From IMG/VR virus record IMGVR_UViG_3300031555_004294, positions 128,001 to 192,000 of that record: DNA of 64,000 bases. One strand, 5' to 3'. The stretch's first letter is position 1; every line of letters starts with the position of its first letter. This stretch comes from a virus (lineage: Duplodnaviria; Caudoviricetes). Below are positions 39,003-49,299 of this stretch, one piece after another. The position numbers and the translations under genes were made by a program. The notes beneath the pieces were generated by a model. It searched no databases and was not told the origin of the DNA. It worked only from the letters and a program-made list of their open reading frames with translations.

Positions 39003-40276
39003 TAATCATTCTGTAAATTTTGTCTGCTCCATTCAAATAAAGTTGCCTGATTAGCATAACAGCCTATATGATAGCTGTAATTGAACAGAGGATTTAATAA
39101 AACAATTTCTTTTGTTTTCCAGTTAATATCAAAATCTTTTTTAAATTTCATTTCTTTTGCATCACGATACAAAACAAATGAAAAAGTTTCTTTTAGATAC
39201 TCATAATCTCTTTTTTGCAACTGTTCATCTATGAATTTTAAAAGATCATTTGAAAATAGGTCGTCTAAGGATAACGTATCTACAGTCTTATTTACTTCAG
39301 TAACTAGTTCCTGCCAAAGTATAAGAGTCTTTTCATTTATTGTCTCATTAGGACGTAATGTGAAAGCAGAACTGTAAAAATGAACTTTACTCTCATCTAA
39401 AGATGGGATATATTCACCAGCAGGTAGAGATTTACATTCAAACATATAGTTACTGGGAATCCATAATTCCATACCAAGTGTAAATTCTATGATTTCTTCA
39501 TCATTAGCCATGTTTACTTTATTTACAGCTTTAGTATCAGCATCAGGTGGATTTTCAACAGTAACCAGTACGTTAGCAGCATAGGTATGAACAAAAGCAT
39601 TATTTCCACTTGCAGTATACATAACAGGTTCAATATGACCTTGAGAGTGATTTCTTAAGTAGGCTAGGAAATCTTTTCTTTCATCAGGATCTTTGATATC
39701 TAAGTCTTTACATTTTGACAATGCTTGGATTATAGTATTTGGTATTTGTGCTCTTAACAGCTGGTTATTCCAATACATTCTGTCATTGTTATGAAATTTT
39801 TGTCTTAGCATATAGACGACATCTATTTTTTGTAAGTATGTTTCTACTTTGATTTTGTAGTCAAATGAAAACTTAATTCTATTTGGTATTGCAGAAACAA
39901 CTAAGTCATCTTCGCTGTTATAGAAAATTTTTTTGTAACCGTATCTGCTAGAATAATGGTTGAATGTTTGGAATATACCTCTTCTCCATGTTGGATAAGG
40001 ACCACCATATGTCTCATCAAAGTCTGGTACTAAAGATGGGTTTATAGATAGTTGAGGATACTGTTTGATTGGTAGTTCATCATCATTCTTTTCAGCTTGT
40101 TGTGAAGATGCTAACGCAGTAGTAATAAAGATATCTTTAAAATATTCCTCTGGAAAAAAATCTAAAACCAATTCTTTAGCAAAACCTGTCATAGAACTCA
40201 ATAATGAACAGATTGAATTTGAGACGTTACAGGTTATTACAGTATTTCTTGAATTCTCCATCATGTTTATTATCAC
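39002..40276 (-). CDS. hypothetical late protein, probably structural
   Basis: long ORF in late operon. Confidence 0.6.
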   Translation of the reverse strand: MIINMMENSRNTVITCNVSNSICSLLSSMTGFAKELVLDFFPEEYFKDIFITTALASSQQAEKNDDELPIKQYPQLSINPSLVPDFDETYGGPYPTWRRGIFQTFNHYSSRYGYKKIFYNSEDDLVVSAIPNRIKFSFDYKIKVETYLQKIDVVYMLRQKFHNNDRMYWNNQLLRAQIPNTIIQALSKCKDLDIKDPDERKDFLAYLRNHSQGHIEPVMYTASGNNAFVHTYAANVLVTVENPPDADTKAVNKVNMANDEEIIEFTLGMELWIPSNYMFECKSLPAGEYIPSLDESKVHFYSSAFTLRPNETINEKTLILWQELVTEVNKTVDTLSLDDLFSNDLLKFIDEQLQKRDYEYLKETFSFVLYRDAKEMKFKKDFDINWKTKEIVLLNPLFNYSYHIGCYANQATLFEWSRQNLQND

Positions 40277-41423
40277 ATCCTTTATCTTCTGGAATTATGT
40301 TCTTGATATAAACATTTTTATGATTCTTTGAAAGATCTATAGTTGTTCCATCATTCAACTGTATAATTGGAAGAAGTGGATCTTCTGTATGTTGACAAAC
40401 TCTACCAATTTTTCCATTAGATAACTGAATTTTTTCACCAATAGTAAAGTACGAAATATGTTTAACTAGTAGATTAGAAACCTCTTTACTAAAAATATGG
40501 TCAGATTGTTTGAGGAAAAACTTGTTAATTTCCTTGTTACTTCCTATTGATGGGAAAACATGCTTAAAATGTATCATGAACATATCATAATAGTTAGCTG
40601 CTTGAACTATGTTAACAGCTATATCTTTTTGTTCTTTAGAGATTTTTTTGTTTTCATAAAATAGTGGATGTGACATATGCATCTTTTTAGATTCATCATA
40701 TGAACTATCAAAATCTTCCCAAACATTCTGTAAAAGTATAATTTTTTTGCTGACTAATGGTATCAATTTATTATTGAGAACTTCATTAAATCCGAGTACA
40801 GGTACCATTTCAATCAAGTGGTACTCCTCTCGATTATAAATATGTCCTTCAGTTGCCAATATTGGGAACTCAATGAATAACTTATTTCTTCCAATTTCAT
40901 GTAAAACTCCACCAATAGCTATTCCATGAATCAGATCTTTATTTAAATTTGCCTTTATAGCTAGGATTAAAGAAACGATTGTGACTCTAATAGAATGTGC
41001 AAATAACTTAGGACTCATAATCAATAAGTTTTCTAGGTAGTTTTTAAAATATTTTTCTTCTAGAATATCGTTCATAAAAATATCTACTATTTTTCTTACT
41101 AGCTCTTTATCATTTTCATCATCTACAATATGATTTTCATTTTTTCCAGAAGAATAGCGATGAAATATCAATTCTGTTTCACATTTTATCGATTCTAATA
41201 TTTCATCGCTAATAATAGACGCAATATTGTCTTTTAGCTCATTATCGTTTGTATATACAAATACATAGTAGATTGAATTTTTTAATTCATTTGACAGTCT
41301 ATTGATTGTAGTTCTATCAATAATCGAATTACTCTGAAAGAGTAATTGACCATTGTAAAAGACGTCTCTAGCTAGTATTTTACCTTCGTAATCGGCTAGA
41401 TCGCTAACGTTTATCTTTTTCAT
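40227..41423 (-). CDS. degenerate HD-GYP domain protein
   Basis: HSIRV, GGVLHEIG (HD to HE), GYP replaced by SHP, ANYYD; typical Firmicute HD-GYP N- and C-flanks. Confidence 0.7.
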   Translation of the reverse strand: MKKINVSDLADYEGKILARDVFYNGQLLFQSNSIIDRTTINRLSNELKNSIYYVFVYTNDNELKDNIASIISDEILESIKCETELIFHRYSSGKNENHIVDDENDKELVRKIVDIFMNDILEEKYFKNYLENLLIMSPKLFAHSIRVTIVSLILAIKANLNKDLIHGIAIGGVLHEIGRNKLFIEFPILATEGHIYNREEYHLIEMVPVLGFNEVLNNKLIPLVSKKIILLQNVWEDFDSSYDESKKMHMSHPLFYENKKISKEQKDIAVNIVQAANYYDMFMIHFKHVFPSIGSNKEINKFFLKQSDHIFSKEVSNLLVKHISYFTIGEKIQLSNGKIGRVCQHTEDPLLPIIQLNDGTTIDLSKNHKNVYIKNIIPEDKGCDNKHDGEFKKYCNNL

Positions 41424-42220
41424 TTCGCATTACTCTCTCCTTTCTTTTGATTAGCCTCATACTCCTTTATATAAAGTAACACTTCTTCTTTAGTTACTAA
41501 ACGGTTATTATACTTTATGAGGTTTAATGTAGCTTTAGCTTCTTTTAGTTCCTCTTCATTTAAAACATACATATCAAGTAATTTCATTACTTGTTCGTCA
41601 GTAGTCTCAAATAAAGACTGGTAGAGCATTTTATGTTTTTGGTTAGCGGAGATATAGCCGTACATTTCTAAAACCATAACGAGATTAAGTTCTTGGAGAC
41701 CAATGCCGTCTGGTAATTTTACATTCTTCGGATCATAGAAATCTGGTAGAAGTTTGCTAATTTTGTCTTTAACATTTTCCTCCAGATTATTATTTACTAC
41801 AACGTTTACATTGTTTGTATTGTTATTTACATTGCTATTGTTATTAGTTGTTGTCTCTTTATCATCATTAGCATCTTCTTTACTATTATCTTCACCTTGA
41901 TCTTTAGATGATAACTTTAGCTTGCTAATTGTAAACAGACCAGAAAGTGTACCTAGTAGACAAGAAATTATAGTATTACCAACTACAAATAAACTACATA
42001 AGGTTATTAACCAAGAAGCTATAGTTTCTATTATGAAACTTAAGACCTTAGTTTTAATATTCTTTTTTAATTTTCTCTTTTTGGTTAGTACAAATTCCTT
42101 AAATGCAAAAAAAGCTAAGCATATAACTAAAGAAAGTATGTAACTTCCAATGGGTAAATCTTTTCCACCACTAATTTCCCCAACAAGAGCATTAAAAAAA
42201 GAAGTAAAATCAAAGTTCAT
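41420..42220 (-). CDS. membrane protein (holin-like N-terminus) with MshEN-like C-terminus
   Basis: 2-3 TM helices; LEMYGYISANQ...LLDMYVLNEEEL; late promoter at 42259-42270. Confidence 0.55.
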   Translation of the reverse strand: MNFDFTSFFNALVGEISGGKDLPIGSYILSLVICLAFFAFKEFVLTKKRKLKKNIKTKVLSFIIETIASWLITLCSLFVVGNTIISCLLGTLSGLFTISKLKLSSKDQGEDNSKEDANDDKETTTNNNSNVNNNTNNVNVVVNNNLEENVKDKISKLLPDFYDPKNVKLPDGIGLQELNLVMVLEMYGYISANQKHKMLYQSLFETTDEQVMKLLDMYVLNEEELKEAKATLNLIKYNNRLVTKEEVLLYIKEYEANQKKGESNAK

Positions 42221-42337
42221 ATCAATTACCTACTTTCTTTAAAACGTTAAAAATTTATTAATTTATTGTTGTTAAGAAACGAACAATGCTAGGTTTTCCA
42301 GTTTATAGACAGTTTGTATAATAAACATTCTTTTCTA

Positions 42338-42378
42338 AAAAAAAAGAGCATATTCCAAGTGAATGGAATATGCTCTTT
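42338..42378 (-). terminator. intrinsic terminator
   Basis: AAAGAGCATATTCCA/TGGAATATGCTCTTT. Confidence 0.75.
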
Positions 42379-42389
42379 AACTTTAGTTT

Positions 42390-44681
42390 TTAGTTGAAGA
42401 ATACCTTATCGTATCCAGTCTTGATTACCAAAGTACTATCACCATTGGAAGATGTGTAGGTATATTTGTCACCATCAATAGTGAGACCTTCCCACCAAGA
42501 ACTTGTTAATACCTTAGCCATCTTAATAGCACTCAAGGTATTACGATTAGCATTTAGTTTAGCCTTAGTAGTCTTCAAGCACTTATCAAGGAACTCTCTT
42601 TCTTCTTTAGTTCCTTTATTAATTCCAAGTGACTGAATTCCATCATTAATTGCATCGATAGATCTTACAATACACTTGCTCATAAAGTTAGGTTCTTTAC
42701 CCTTACTAATTGCAGCATTATAAGTATCAATACCCTTTTCAATTGCAGGAATTGAAGAACAACCTTTAAGCATGAACTCAAGTTCTCTTGCTTCATAGTA
42801 GTCATCTTCATTCTTTTCTGTTACTTTACGGTTTACACCAGCATAGGTAAGGAACTCATTCAAACCATGTTCTTTGAGTACTTCAACTTGTTCTGCATTG
42901 TAAACAGGGGGTCTGCCAAAGCTATCAGTCTTGTATTCCTTATAAGGATGGTTAGAAACCATCCAGTTAACAACTTTTTGGAATACTTCATCTTCGGTAA
43001 TTGCAACTATAGTTTCAAATACCTTATCAATGGTAGAATCATTCAAGTAGTTACGATTGATTACAGGAAGCTTTGTAAGATCAATTTCAAAAATGTCCTT
43101 GTCATCCTGACTGCTACAAGTTAAGAAATAAGAACTACTATCGAGAACATCAATCTGGAGTCTCATTAACTTTAAACCTGTTTCAGTAGAAAGCTTGACT
43201 TTAATCTTTTCCATATTAAGATGTCCATCCTTAATAATGGTATGAGTCTGGAACTGTCTGGAATCAATAGACTCAGGTAGACCAACTTGCTTAGCTCTCT
43301 TAGGATTGATCGCTACTACACCATCTCTAGTGAACTTGATAGAGATGTTAAGCTTGTTCTTATTGTAGACGATGTTATCATTGAAAGGAGCAAAGATATC
43401 ATAGTCTCTCTTAGGAGTAAACAAGTTGAAAGTGTCTTCTACCTGAAGACCAATTCTCTTGTAGGAAGACATGTCGGGAATATAGTAGTTACCTTCCTCA
43501 CAGAGAATTCCAAGAAGATCCATGATACAGAAAGCATCATTTGCAGGTAAATAGTTGACAGGAGCCTTACCAGACTGATATCTTGTAGAGTTGCTAAAGA
43601 TACACTTATTGAGTTCCTTAAGGAATTTACTTGACTCATCAATTGTAAACGCATTAAGCTGTGCGTCAATAAGGTGCTTATCTCTCAAATCCTTAAGAAT
43701 ATCAAGGCATACTTCTCTGTTACCCTTATAGTAGTTCTCATAAGCAAGTGCATACAGAAGGTTAGCAGTAGTAGTATCAGGAAGCTTACCAAACTTAATC
43801 TTGTTAAGATCAATAAGTTCATCATTAATTTTAACAACTGAGTAGTCAATACCGTTTATACCATCTTCAGGATAGATAATTGCAAACTGATTCTTTCTCT
43901 TTTCAATAGAAGATAGATTCATAATATTATTGGCGAGCTTAGTAGATTTGCTATTGAGATAGAGAATTTCACAATCGGGAGCAGAAATCTCAACCTTTTC
44001 AGCTACCATATCTCTAACGCGTTCATAGTTGTGCTTAAAGATTTCAGAGTATTCCTTAACATTGGAGGAATGGAGATACTTACCGAAATCAGTAATTTCA
44101 GCAATCTTGGTTAAAAATTCCTTGTCATAGTAATAACCATAACCAAGAGTATTCAATGCCATAATTTCATTCTTGAAGCTACTTACAACATCATACGACA
44201 TCTTATAGTCTTCGCTAGAAGATACATTGCAACAAGAACAACCATCAGTAAACAGAGTTACATTGTAATAGGGACAAAGAGGTTTCATTTCCTCAATGAT
44301 TGACTTAACGAGTTCAAGAGGTTCATGGAAACAAGTACAACCAACACAATGCTTAATGGAATCAATAAGGTTATCAACACCTGCAAAGTCATCATCAGTC
44401 TTCTTGTATCCCTTGATAACAACTCCATTCTGTCCTTCAGATGAGAACCATACTACAGAAATATAGTCACCAACAGGAATTGCTCTAAATGTCTTCTTAA
44501 CATCTTCCATCAATGCTACGATACTGCCAGACATTGAGTATGATCTATCAAGAATATGGATGTGATGCATTCTATCAACTGTCTTGGATTCAGTTGTAGT
44601 ATCGTCATTCTTGTAGTTTACAAGTAGAATTGTACGGAGCTTACCTGCAATAGTAATTTGAGCTTTCTTAAAGGTTGACAT
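42390..44681 (-). CDS. von Willebrand factor A domain protein
   Basis: MIDAS DRSYSMS, T, LFTDG. Confidence 0.8.
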   Translation of the reverse strand: MSTFKKAQITIAGKLRTILLVNYKNDDTTTESKTVDRMHHIHILDRSYSMSGSIVALMEDVKKTFRAIPVGDYISVVWFSSEGQNGVVIKGYKKTDDDFAGVDNLIDSIKHCVGCTCFHEPLELVKSIIEEMKPLCPYYNVTLFTDGCSCCNVSSSEDYKMSYDVVSSFKNEIMALNTLGYGYYYDKEFLTKIAEITDFGKYLHSSNVKEYSEIFKHNYERVRDMVAEKVEISAPDCEILYLNSKSTKLANNIMNLSSIEKRKNQFAIIYPEDGINGIDYSVVKINDELIDLNKIKFGKLPDTTTANLLYALAYENYYKGNREVCLDILKDLRDKHLIDAQLNAFTIDESSKFLKELNKCIFSNSTRYQSGKAPVNYLPANDAFCIMDLLGILCEEGNYYIPDMSSYKRIGLQVEDTFNLFTPKRDYDIFAPFNDNIVYNKNKLNISIKFTRDGVVAINPKRAKQVGLPESIDSRQFQTHTIIKDGHLNMEKIKVKLSTETGLKLMRLQIDVLDSSSYFLTCSSQDDKDIFEIDLTKLPVINRNYLNDSTIDKVFETIVAITEDEVFQKVVNWMVSNHPYKEYKTDSFGRPPVYNAEQVEVLKEHGLNEFLTYAGVNRKVTEKNEDDYYEARELEFMLKGCSSIPAIEKGIDTYNAAISKGKEPNFMSKCIVRSIDAINDGIQSLGINKGTKEEREFLDKCLKTTKAKLNANRNTLSAIKMAKVLTSSWWEGLTIDGDKYTYTSSNGDSTLVIKTGYDKVFFN

Positions 44682-44731
44682 AATAAATTTTTCCTTTCTT
44701 TATGATTGTATTTTTTAGTTCTTTCTGAGTT

Positions 44732-45196
44732 TTATCTGCCAAAATATAAAAGCCATTTTTTCATAGCTATATCGATTTTTTCAGTTTTAAGGTCAATTAT
44801 CTTTTCTCTGTTTGACATATAAATATCAATTTGCTGTTGTACTAGTTCATCAGATTTTAATTCAGGATACAAATTAACAAGTGTAATTGAACTTTCTGAC
44901 TTTAGATCTTTGTATGTATCAGATTCAAAATCCATATACTCTAATACTATGGCATCAATTTCACTTTCAATTAGTGTATTCTGTTCTTCGTACATTTCAA
45001 TTTTCTGGTCAATTATATTTTCAGTTGCAATATCTGTTGAGTAACCAATCAGAACAGCAACTATAATAACAAAACCAATACCCATAGCGATTTCAAGTAT
45101 TTCGGGCCAACAGTCTTCCCATAGGTCATACTTTGTTGCTAAGATAGCAAGAACAACTATCCCTACGATTAAAATAACCGCGACTAAACTTAACAT
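44732..45196 (-). CDS. membrane protein, two TM helices
   Basis: hydrophobic segments. Confidence 0.7.
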   Translation of the reverse strand: MLSLVAVILIVGIVVLAILATKYDLWEDCWPEILEIAMGIGFVIIVAVLIGYSTDIATENIIDQKIEMYEEQNTLIESEIDAIVLEYMDFESDTYKDLKSESSITLVNLYPELKSDELVQQQIDIYMSNREKIIDLKTEKIDIAMKKWLLYFGR

Positions 45197-45215
45197 TTTC
45201 TTTTCTCCTCTGTAA

Positions 45216-45569
45216 TTATAAAAATCCTTGTATTTCTTCTACTTCATATAGATAATCTGGAAATGGATTAATTGTAGATTGGTCTTTCGAATTGGTTATC
45301 CTACAGAAGTAGTAATACTTTTTATCTAACTGTATGGAAATATGAGAATAAATATTTTTAGCAGTGGCACTAAAATTCCATTGGTAACCTAACTTTTGTA
45401 AAAAGTTCACTAACAATAATGCTTCTTTTTTAGATAACACTCTAAAAATGCAAACTGTAGATGAAATACACGCTGGGAAATCACCTATGCTGTAATCTTC
45501 ATCTACAACTTTTATAATTCCAGATTCCATTTCAAAGTTCATTCTTTTTTTAGCTTCATCTATTGTCAT
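45216..45569 (-). CDS. orphan member of MTNEE family
   Basis: MTIDEAKKRMNFEMESG...NPFPDYLYE. Confidence 0.7.
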   Translation of the reverse strand: MTIDEAKKRMNFEMESGIIKVVDEDYSIGDFPACISSTVCIFRVLSKKEALLLVNFLQKLGYQWNFSATAKNIYSHISIQLDKKYYYFCRITNSKDQSTINPFPDYLYEVEEIQGFL

Positions 45570-45578
45570 TTTTGTTCC

Positions 45579-45860
45579 TCATTTGGTAATTCCAACAAGT
45601 TCTTCAAATTGTTGTCTATATTTGAGAACTAGTTGTTTTTTACCTTCAGCTAATTCTTCTCTAAAATCATTTAGTGAAGTCTTATATTTGGGGTCGTAAG
45701 GTATAATTTTTATAGGTTCAAAAGCCATACCTTGAAAACCTGCAACTTTAATACGTCCATCTTTTAGAAATTCCTCAATTTCTCCACAAAGATATCCAAT
45801 ATCATCATCATACTTCCAAATACCAAGTAAGCGTTGTTCCATTTTAATTATCTCCTTCAA
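45579..45860 (-). CDS. hypothetical protein
   Basis: ORF in operon. Confidence 0.65.
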   Translation of the reverse strand: MKEIIKMEQRLLGIWKYDDDIGYLCGEIEEFLKDGRIKVAGFQGMAFEPIKIIPYDPKYKTSLNDFREELAEGKKQLVLKYRQQFEELVGITK

Positions 45861-46729
45861 TCATCCATCAATTTATAAAGCTCACTTGCTCTATCATTTT
45901 GATCTGCGTTAATGTAATAATCGAACATAAATTCTCTTTGTGCTTTGGTCAGTCTTCTTATAGTATCTGAAGTTAAAACTGGTATACCTTGAGAAGGAGA
46001 ATGAACTAACACCCAACCTTTATCTACTAAGAAGTCAGCAGCAGCATTAACTACAGGTCTTTTTCTAGCTTTACACCAAGCTTCAAATTCATCTTTGTAG
46101 TGACTTAAATCTGCAGCAGCAACCTCATCATAACGTCCTCGTTCTAAGATAGAATTGTAAGGCCAAATCTGATGACCACCAAAATCAACTTCATAGAACT
46201 TAGCTTCTGGACTTAGCCAACCATATTCAACACCTTTTACTCTAGCGTCAATATAGTCTTGAACTAATCTAGAAGTTCCTTTGATTGGGGAATACTCTAC
46301 TGTATTAAGTCTGTATCTACTATATCTGTCATATTCTCCATTTTCAATCTTTTCTACAAGCTCACAGTATTTGTCATTCATTTCGCTTAGTTCTTCTCTA
46401 GTTTCCTTATACTTCTTAGCTAGCTTACTATAAGCAGTGAAAATATTAGTCTCGTTTAATGTTTCTTCGCTATCTAAGAATGCTAGACAAAATGTTCCAT
46501 CTCCACTGTTACCTCTTAACTCCGCTCTACCTAAAAGTATATCTTGTGCATACTTTTGTAAAGTTGCTTTAGTCTCATCTGTACCACACATGCAAGATAA
46601 AAGTAATTCTTCAACTTGACTGTATGGTTTAAACTCATCAAAGAACCATTCTTTAGCCAACTTAGTTATAAACTCACCCTGTACTGAAAAGCCTAGTGTT
46701 CCAATTACTTCTTCTTTTTCGTTTTCCAT
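45857..46729 (-). CDS. hypothetical protein
   Basis: ORF with GGGAGG RBS. Confidence 0.7.
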   Translation of the reverse strand: MENEKEEVIGTLGFSVQGEFITKLAKEWFFDEFKPYSQVEELLLSCMCGTDETKATLQKYAQDILLGRAELRGNSGDGTFCLAFLDSEETLNETNIFTAYSKLAKKYKETREELSEMNDKYCELVEKIENGEYDRYSRYRLNTVEYSPIKGTSRLVQDYIDARVKGVEYGWLSPEAKFYEVDFGGHQIWPYNSILERGRYDEVAAADLSHYKDEFEAWCKARKRPVVNAAADFLVDKGWVLVHSPSQGIPVLTSDTIRRLTKAQREFMFDYYINADQNDRASELYKLMDD

Positions 46730-47100
46730 TTTAATCGAACAACCTCCCCTTTTTTAGAATATGCTAATCCAAGATAACATGACCAATCAAATTTGTTTTT
46801 AGCTAAGTAAACTTCCTCACCAAATGTTAAGTCTTTCGTGTAGAATACCATAAGATCATCATTGTATATAGAATGAACACAGTCAATAATAAACTCTAGT
46901 CCAGTTACTTCACTGATTTTATTGACAAACTTAATCACATCTTCTTTACAAGTTGCCATTTCATTACATCTAACCGACCAATCTGTTTGCACTTCTAAAT
47001 TGTAATCAAACCCAAAAGTATAACCAGCATCTTCTACAATATTTCTTAGAAGCTGTTCAGGACTTAACATTTCCAAATCAAATTTAAGCTTCTTGTTCAT
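46705..47100 (-). CDS. KKLxFDL family paralog
   Basis: MNKKLKFDLEM...AGY...YSK. Confidence 0.8.
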   Translation of the reverse strand: MNKKLKFDLEMLSPEQLLRNIVEDAGYTFGFDYNLEVQTDWSVRCNEMATCKEDVIKFVNKISEVTGLEFIIDCVHSIYNDDLMVFYTKDLTFGEEVYLAKNKFDWSCYLGLAYSKKGEVVRLKWKTKKKK

Positions 47101-47471
47101 AATTTTCCTGAGAGTCCTTCTTTAGAATATACTAGTTCAAAATGTTTACTTAGTCTAGCATTTCCATCTGGAACAATAATTCCACCAAGTTTATAATCAT
47201 CTGAGTGGTAAGTATATATGACAGGAAGTCCTTCTATACGATCATCTTTAATGATGGTAAAGTCCTTTCCAGTTACATTAGATACTGCATCAATAAAGGC
47301 ATCAATATCGTCCTCACAGTTTGCAGTTTCTTTAGTAGATACACCAAAGTCGCCGTAACATGAAAAGGATGGTTCAGCATATGTATAACCAGCCTCTTCT
47401 ATAATGTCAATCAATACTTGACAGTCTTCTATGATTGACATTTCCAAATCAAATTTAAGCTTCTTGTTCAA
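47097..47471 (-). CDS. KKLxFDL family paralog
   Basis: MNKKLKFDLEM. Confidence 0.8.
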   Translation of the reverse strand: MNKKLKFDLEMSIIEDCQVLIDIIEEAGYTYAEPSFSCYGDFGVSTKETANCEDDIDAFIDAVSNVTGKDFTIIKDDRIEGLPVIYTYHSDDYKLGGIIVPDGNARLSKHFELVYSKEGLSGKL

Positions 47472-47812
47472 AACATTTTACCATCCTTAGAATACATAAA
47501 ACTTAGATACTTACTGGTATCTTTACAGTTAATCGTTCCAAAAATTTTGTTATTGCTAGTCCTAAATGTTATAACACTACCATCAGGTGACATCGTCATG
47601 ATCATATACCCACCAATTACTTTTCTAAGTGAATCTAGGAATTTATAGCCATCATTAATTGAACGTGGTACCTGTGTGCTCAAAACCCAATATTTAGTAT
47701 TGTTAGGATAACTAATTGTTTCCTTATGACAATACCCAGCTTTTTCTAAAATACCTTTCAAAACTTCTTTTGTATCTGACATTTCAAGGTCAAATTCAAG
47801 TTTTCTATCCAT
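47468..47812 (-). CDS. KKLxFDL family paralog
   Basis: MDRKLEFDLEM. Confidence 0.8.
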   Translation of the reverse strand: MDRKLEFDLEMSDTKEVLKGILEKAGYCHKETISYPNNTKYWVLSTQVPRSINDGYKFLDSLRKVIGGYMIMTMSPDGSVITFRTSNNKIFGTINCKDTSKYLSFMYSKDGKMF

Positions 47813-47823
47813 CTTCTATTCCT

Positions 47824-48336
47824 CTACTTTATTCTTACTAGATTTCCTCTACTATCACCCACATAAATATTATTGGTGCTTGTATCTACTATTATCTCAC
47901 CAGGAGTAGGTTTAAAAGAAGCAATATTCCAATTACTTACTCCAGAACTTAATTTAATTCTTGGCCCATTATAAGAAGATGTGTTAATTATCTGAATGAA
48001 CGCTGTATCTCTCAAACCTAGTTCTAGTTTTTTATTTGTATCTGAACGTATTTCAACTACAAATCTATTAGCAATTTTACTGGTAGTATATCTTTTTAAA
48101 TCTTTATCCCATTTAAACTTTACTCCAGTTACTTTGCTAATTCTTCTTTTAAACATCCATGTTGAAAGTTTAGAAGCTTTTAGCTTTCTGATCTGTATCC
48201 AGTAATATTTTCCGTCATCTTCTTTATAGATACTTGCATGATGATATTTTGTAGTGTTAACTATGTTTTCTAGTGCTTGTTCAGGAGTTAAGAATTGTAG
48301 GTCAAACTCAAGTTTCTTTCGTTTTTTATTATCCAT
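47824..48336 (-). CDS. KKLxFDL family paralog
   Basis: start moved to MDNKKRKKLEFDL. Confidence 0.75.
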   Translation of the reverse strand: MDNKKRKKLEFDLQFLTPEQALENIVNTTKYHHASIYKEDDGKYYWIQIRKLKASKLSTWMFKRRISKVTGVKFKWDKDLKRYTTSKIANRFVVEIRSDTNKKLELGLRDTAFIQIINTSSYNGPRIKLSSGVSNWNIASFKPTPGEIIVDTSTNNIYVGDSRGNLVRIK

Positions 48337-48664
48337 CGGTAAATAACTCCCCATGCTCATCATAAACTAATTCAAAATTACATCCTATGCAAAGATTTCC
48401 GCCAAATTTATGGTCTTCCGACCAATAATAAAATAAACCATCTTGAAAATCTATATTACACTCTTTACCAAGTGCATAAGCAATACGTTGAATAAAAACA
48501 TCAATTTGCTCTTTACAAGTTGCAAGTTCTTGGGTGTGTAAACCACAAGTAATATCTCCAACATAAACATCACAACGATATGTATAACCAGCTTCTTGTA
48601 TAGTGTTGATTAAGGTTTGTTTTGGTCCAAGCATCTTTAGGTCAAATTCAAGTTTCTTGTTCAT
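48329..48664 (-). CDS. KKLxFDL family paralog
   Basis: MNKKLEFDLKM. Confidence 0.8.
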   Translation of the reverse strand: MNKKLEFDLKMLGPKQTLINTIQEAGYTYRCDVYVGDITCGLHTQELATCKEQIDVFIQRIAYALGKECNIDFQDGLFYYWSEDHKFGGNLCIGCNFELVYDEHGELFTDG

Positions 48665-48700
48665 TATCTTATTTTTTCCATTCCGTAAAATTAAAAAAGT

Positions 48701-48738
48701 AAAAGGAAATACTCTAATGAAAGAGTATTTCCTTTTTT
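48701..48738. terminator. terminator
   Basis: AAAAGGAAATACTCT/AGAGTATTTCCTTTT. Confidence 0.7.
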
Positions 48739-48763
48739 ATTTGTAACTAGCATTTTAAATTTT

Positions 48764-49168
48764 TTAAATTTGCTTGGAAGAAGTAGTCTTAGTAGAACTT
48801 GCTTTCTTTTTTGCAATTGGAATCTTCTTGCTTTCAGGTTTCTTAAACTTTACTTCGATGTTAAGAATACCATTTTCAGCAGTCCATTCAATACGATCAA
48901 TCTGCTCTTCATAAATTCTAAAACGAGAATTTACAGAATAGTTGTTTCCATACTTTTCATCATTGTAGCTGCCCTGAATTACTAAGTAGGCAACATTATT
49001 TTCGTACTGAATTGAAATATCAATATTTTCACTTGGAATACCAACACAGTTATGAATGATTACAACACTATCTTCAGTTCTGTGCTGCTGATAAGGTTTG
49101 TTGTCTAAAACACTACGATTAAAACGATAAGCTGGTGTATCAAAATCCAGCATCCAATTAAGACTCAT
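48764..49168 (-). CDS. small heat-shock protein (Hsp20/alpha-crystallin)
   Basis: GIPSENIDI, LVIQG, AENGILNI, KKIPI. Confidence 0.75.
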   Translation of the reverse strand: MSLNWMLDFDTPAYRFNRSVLDNKPYQQHRTEDSVVIIHNCVGIPSENIDISIQYENNVAYLVIQGSYNDEKYGNNYSVNSRFRIYEEQIDRIEWTAENGILNIEVKFKKPESKKIPIAKKKASSTKTTSSKQI

Positions 49169-49299
49169 GATAAAATACCTCCGTGGAATGAAATAAAATA
49201 AAATTTTTGAAAAAATAAAATTAAAAGAGACTATTTAGCTAGTATCATAGTTGTCTTACAAATTATTTGTTAGCAGTACTTTTAAGATTTTAAAATCTT

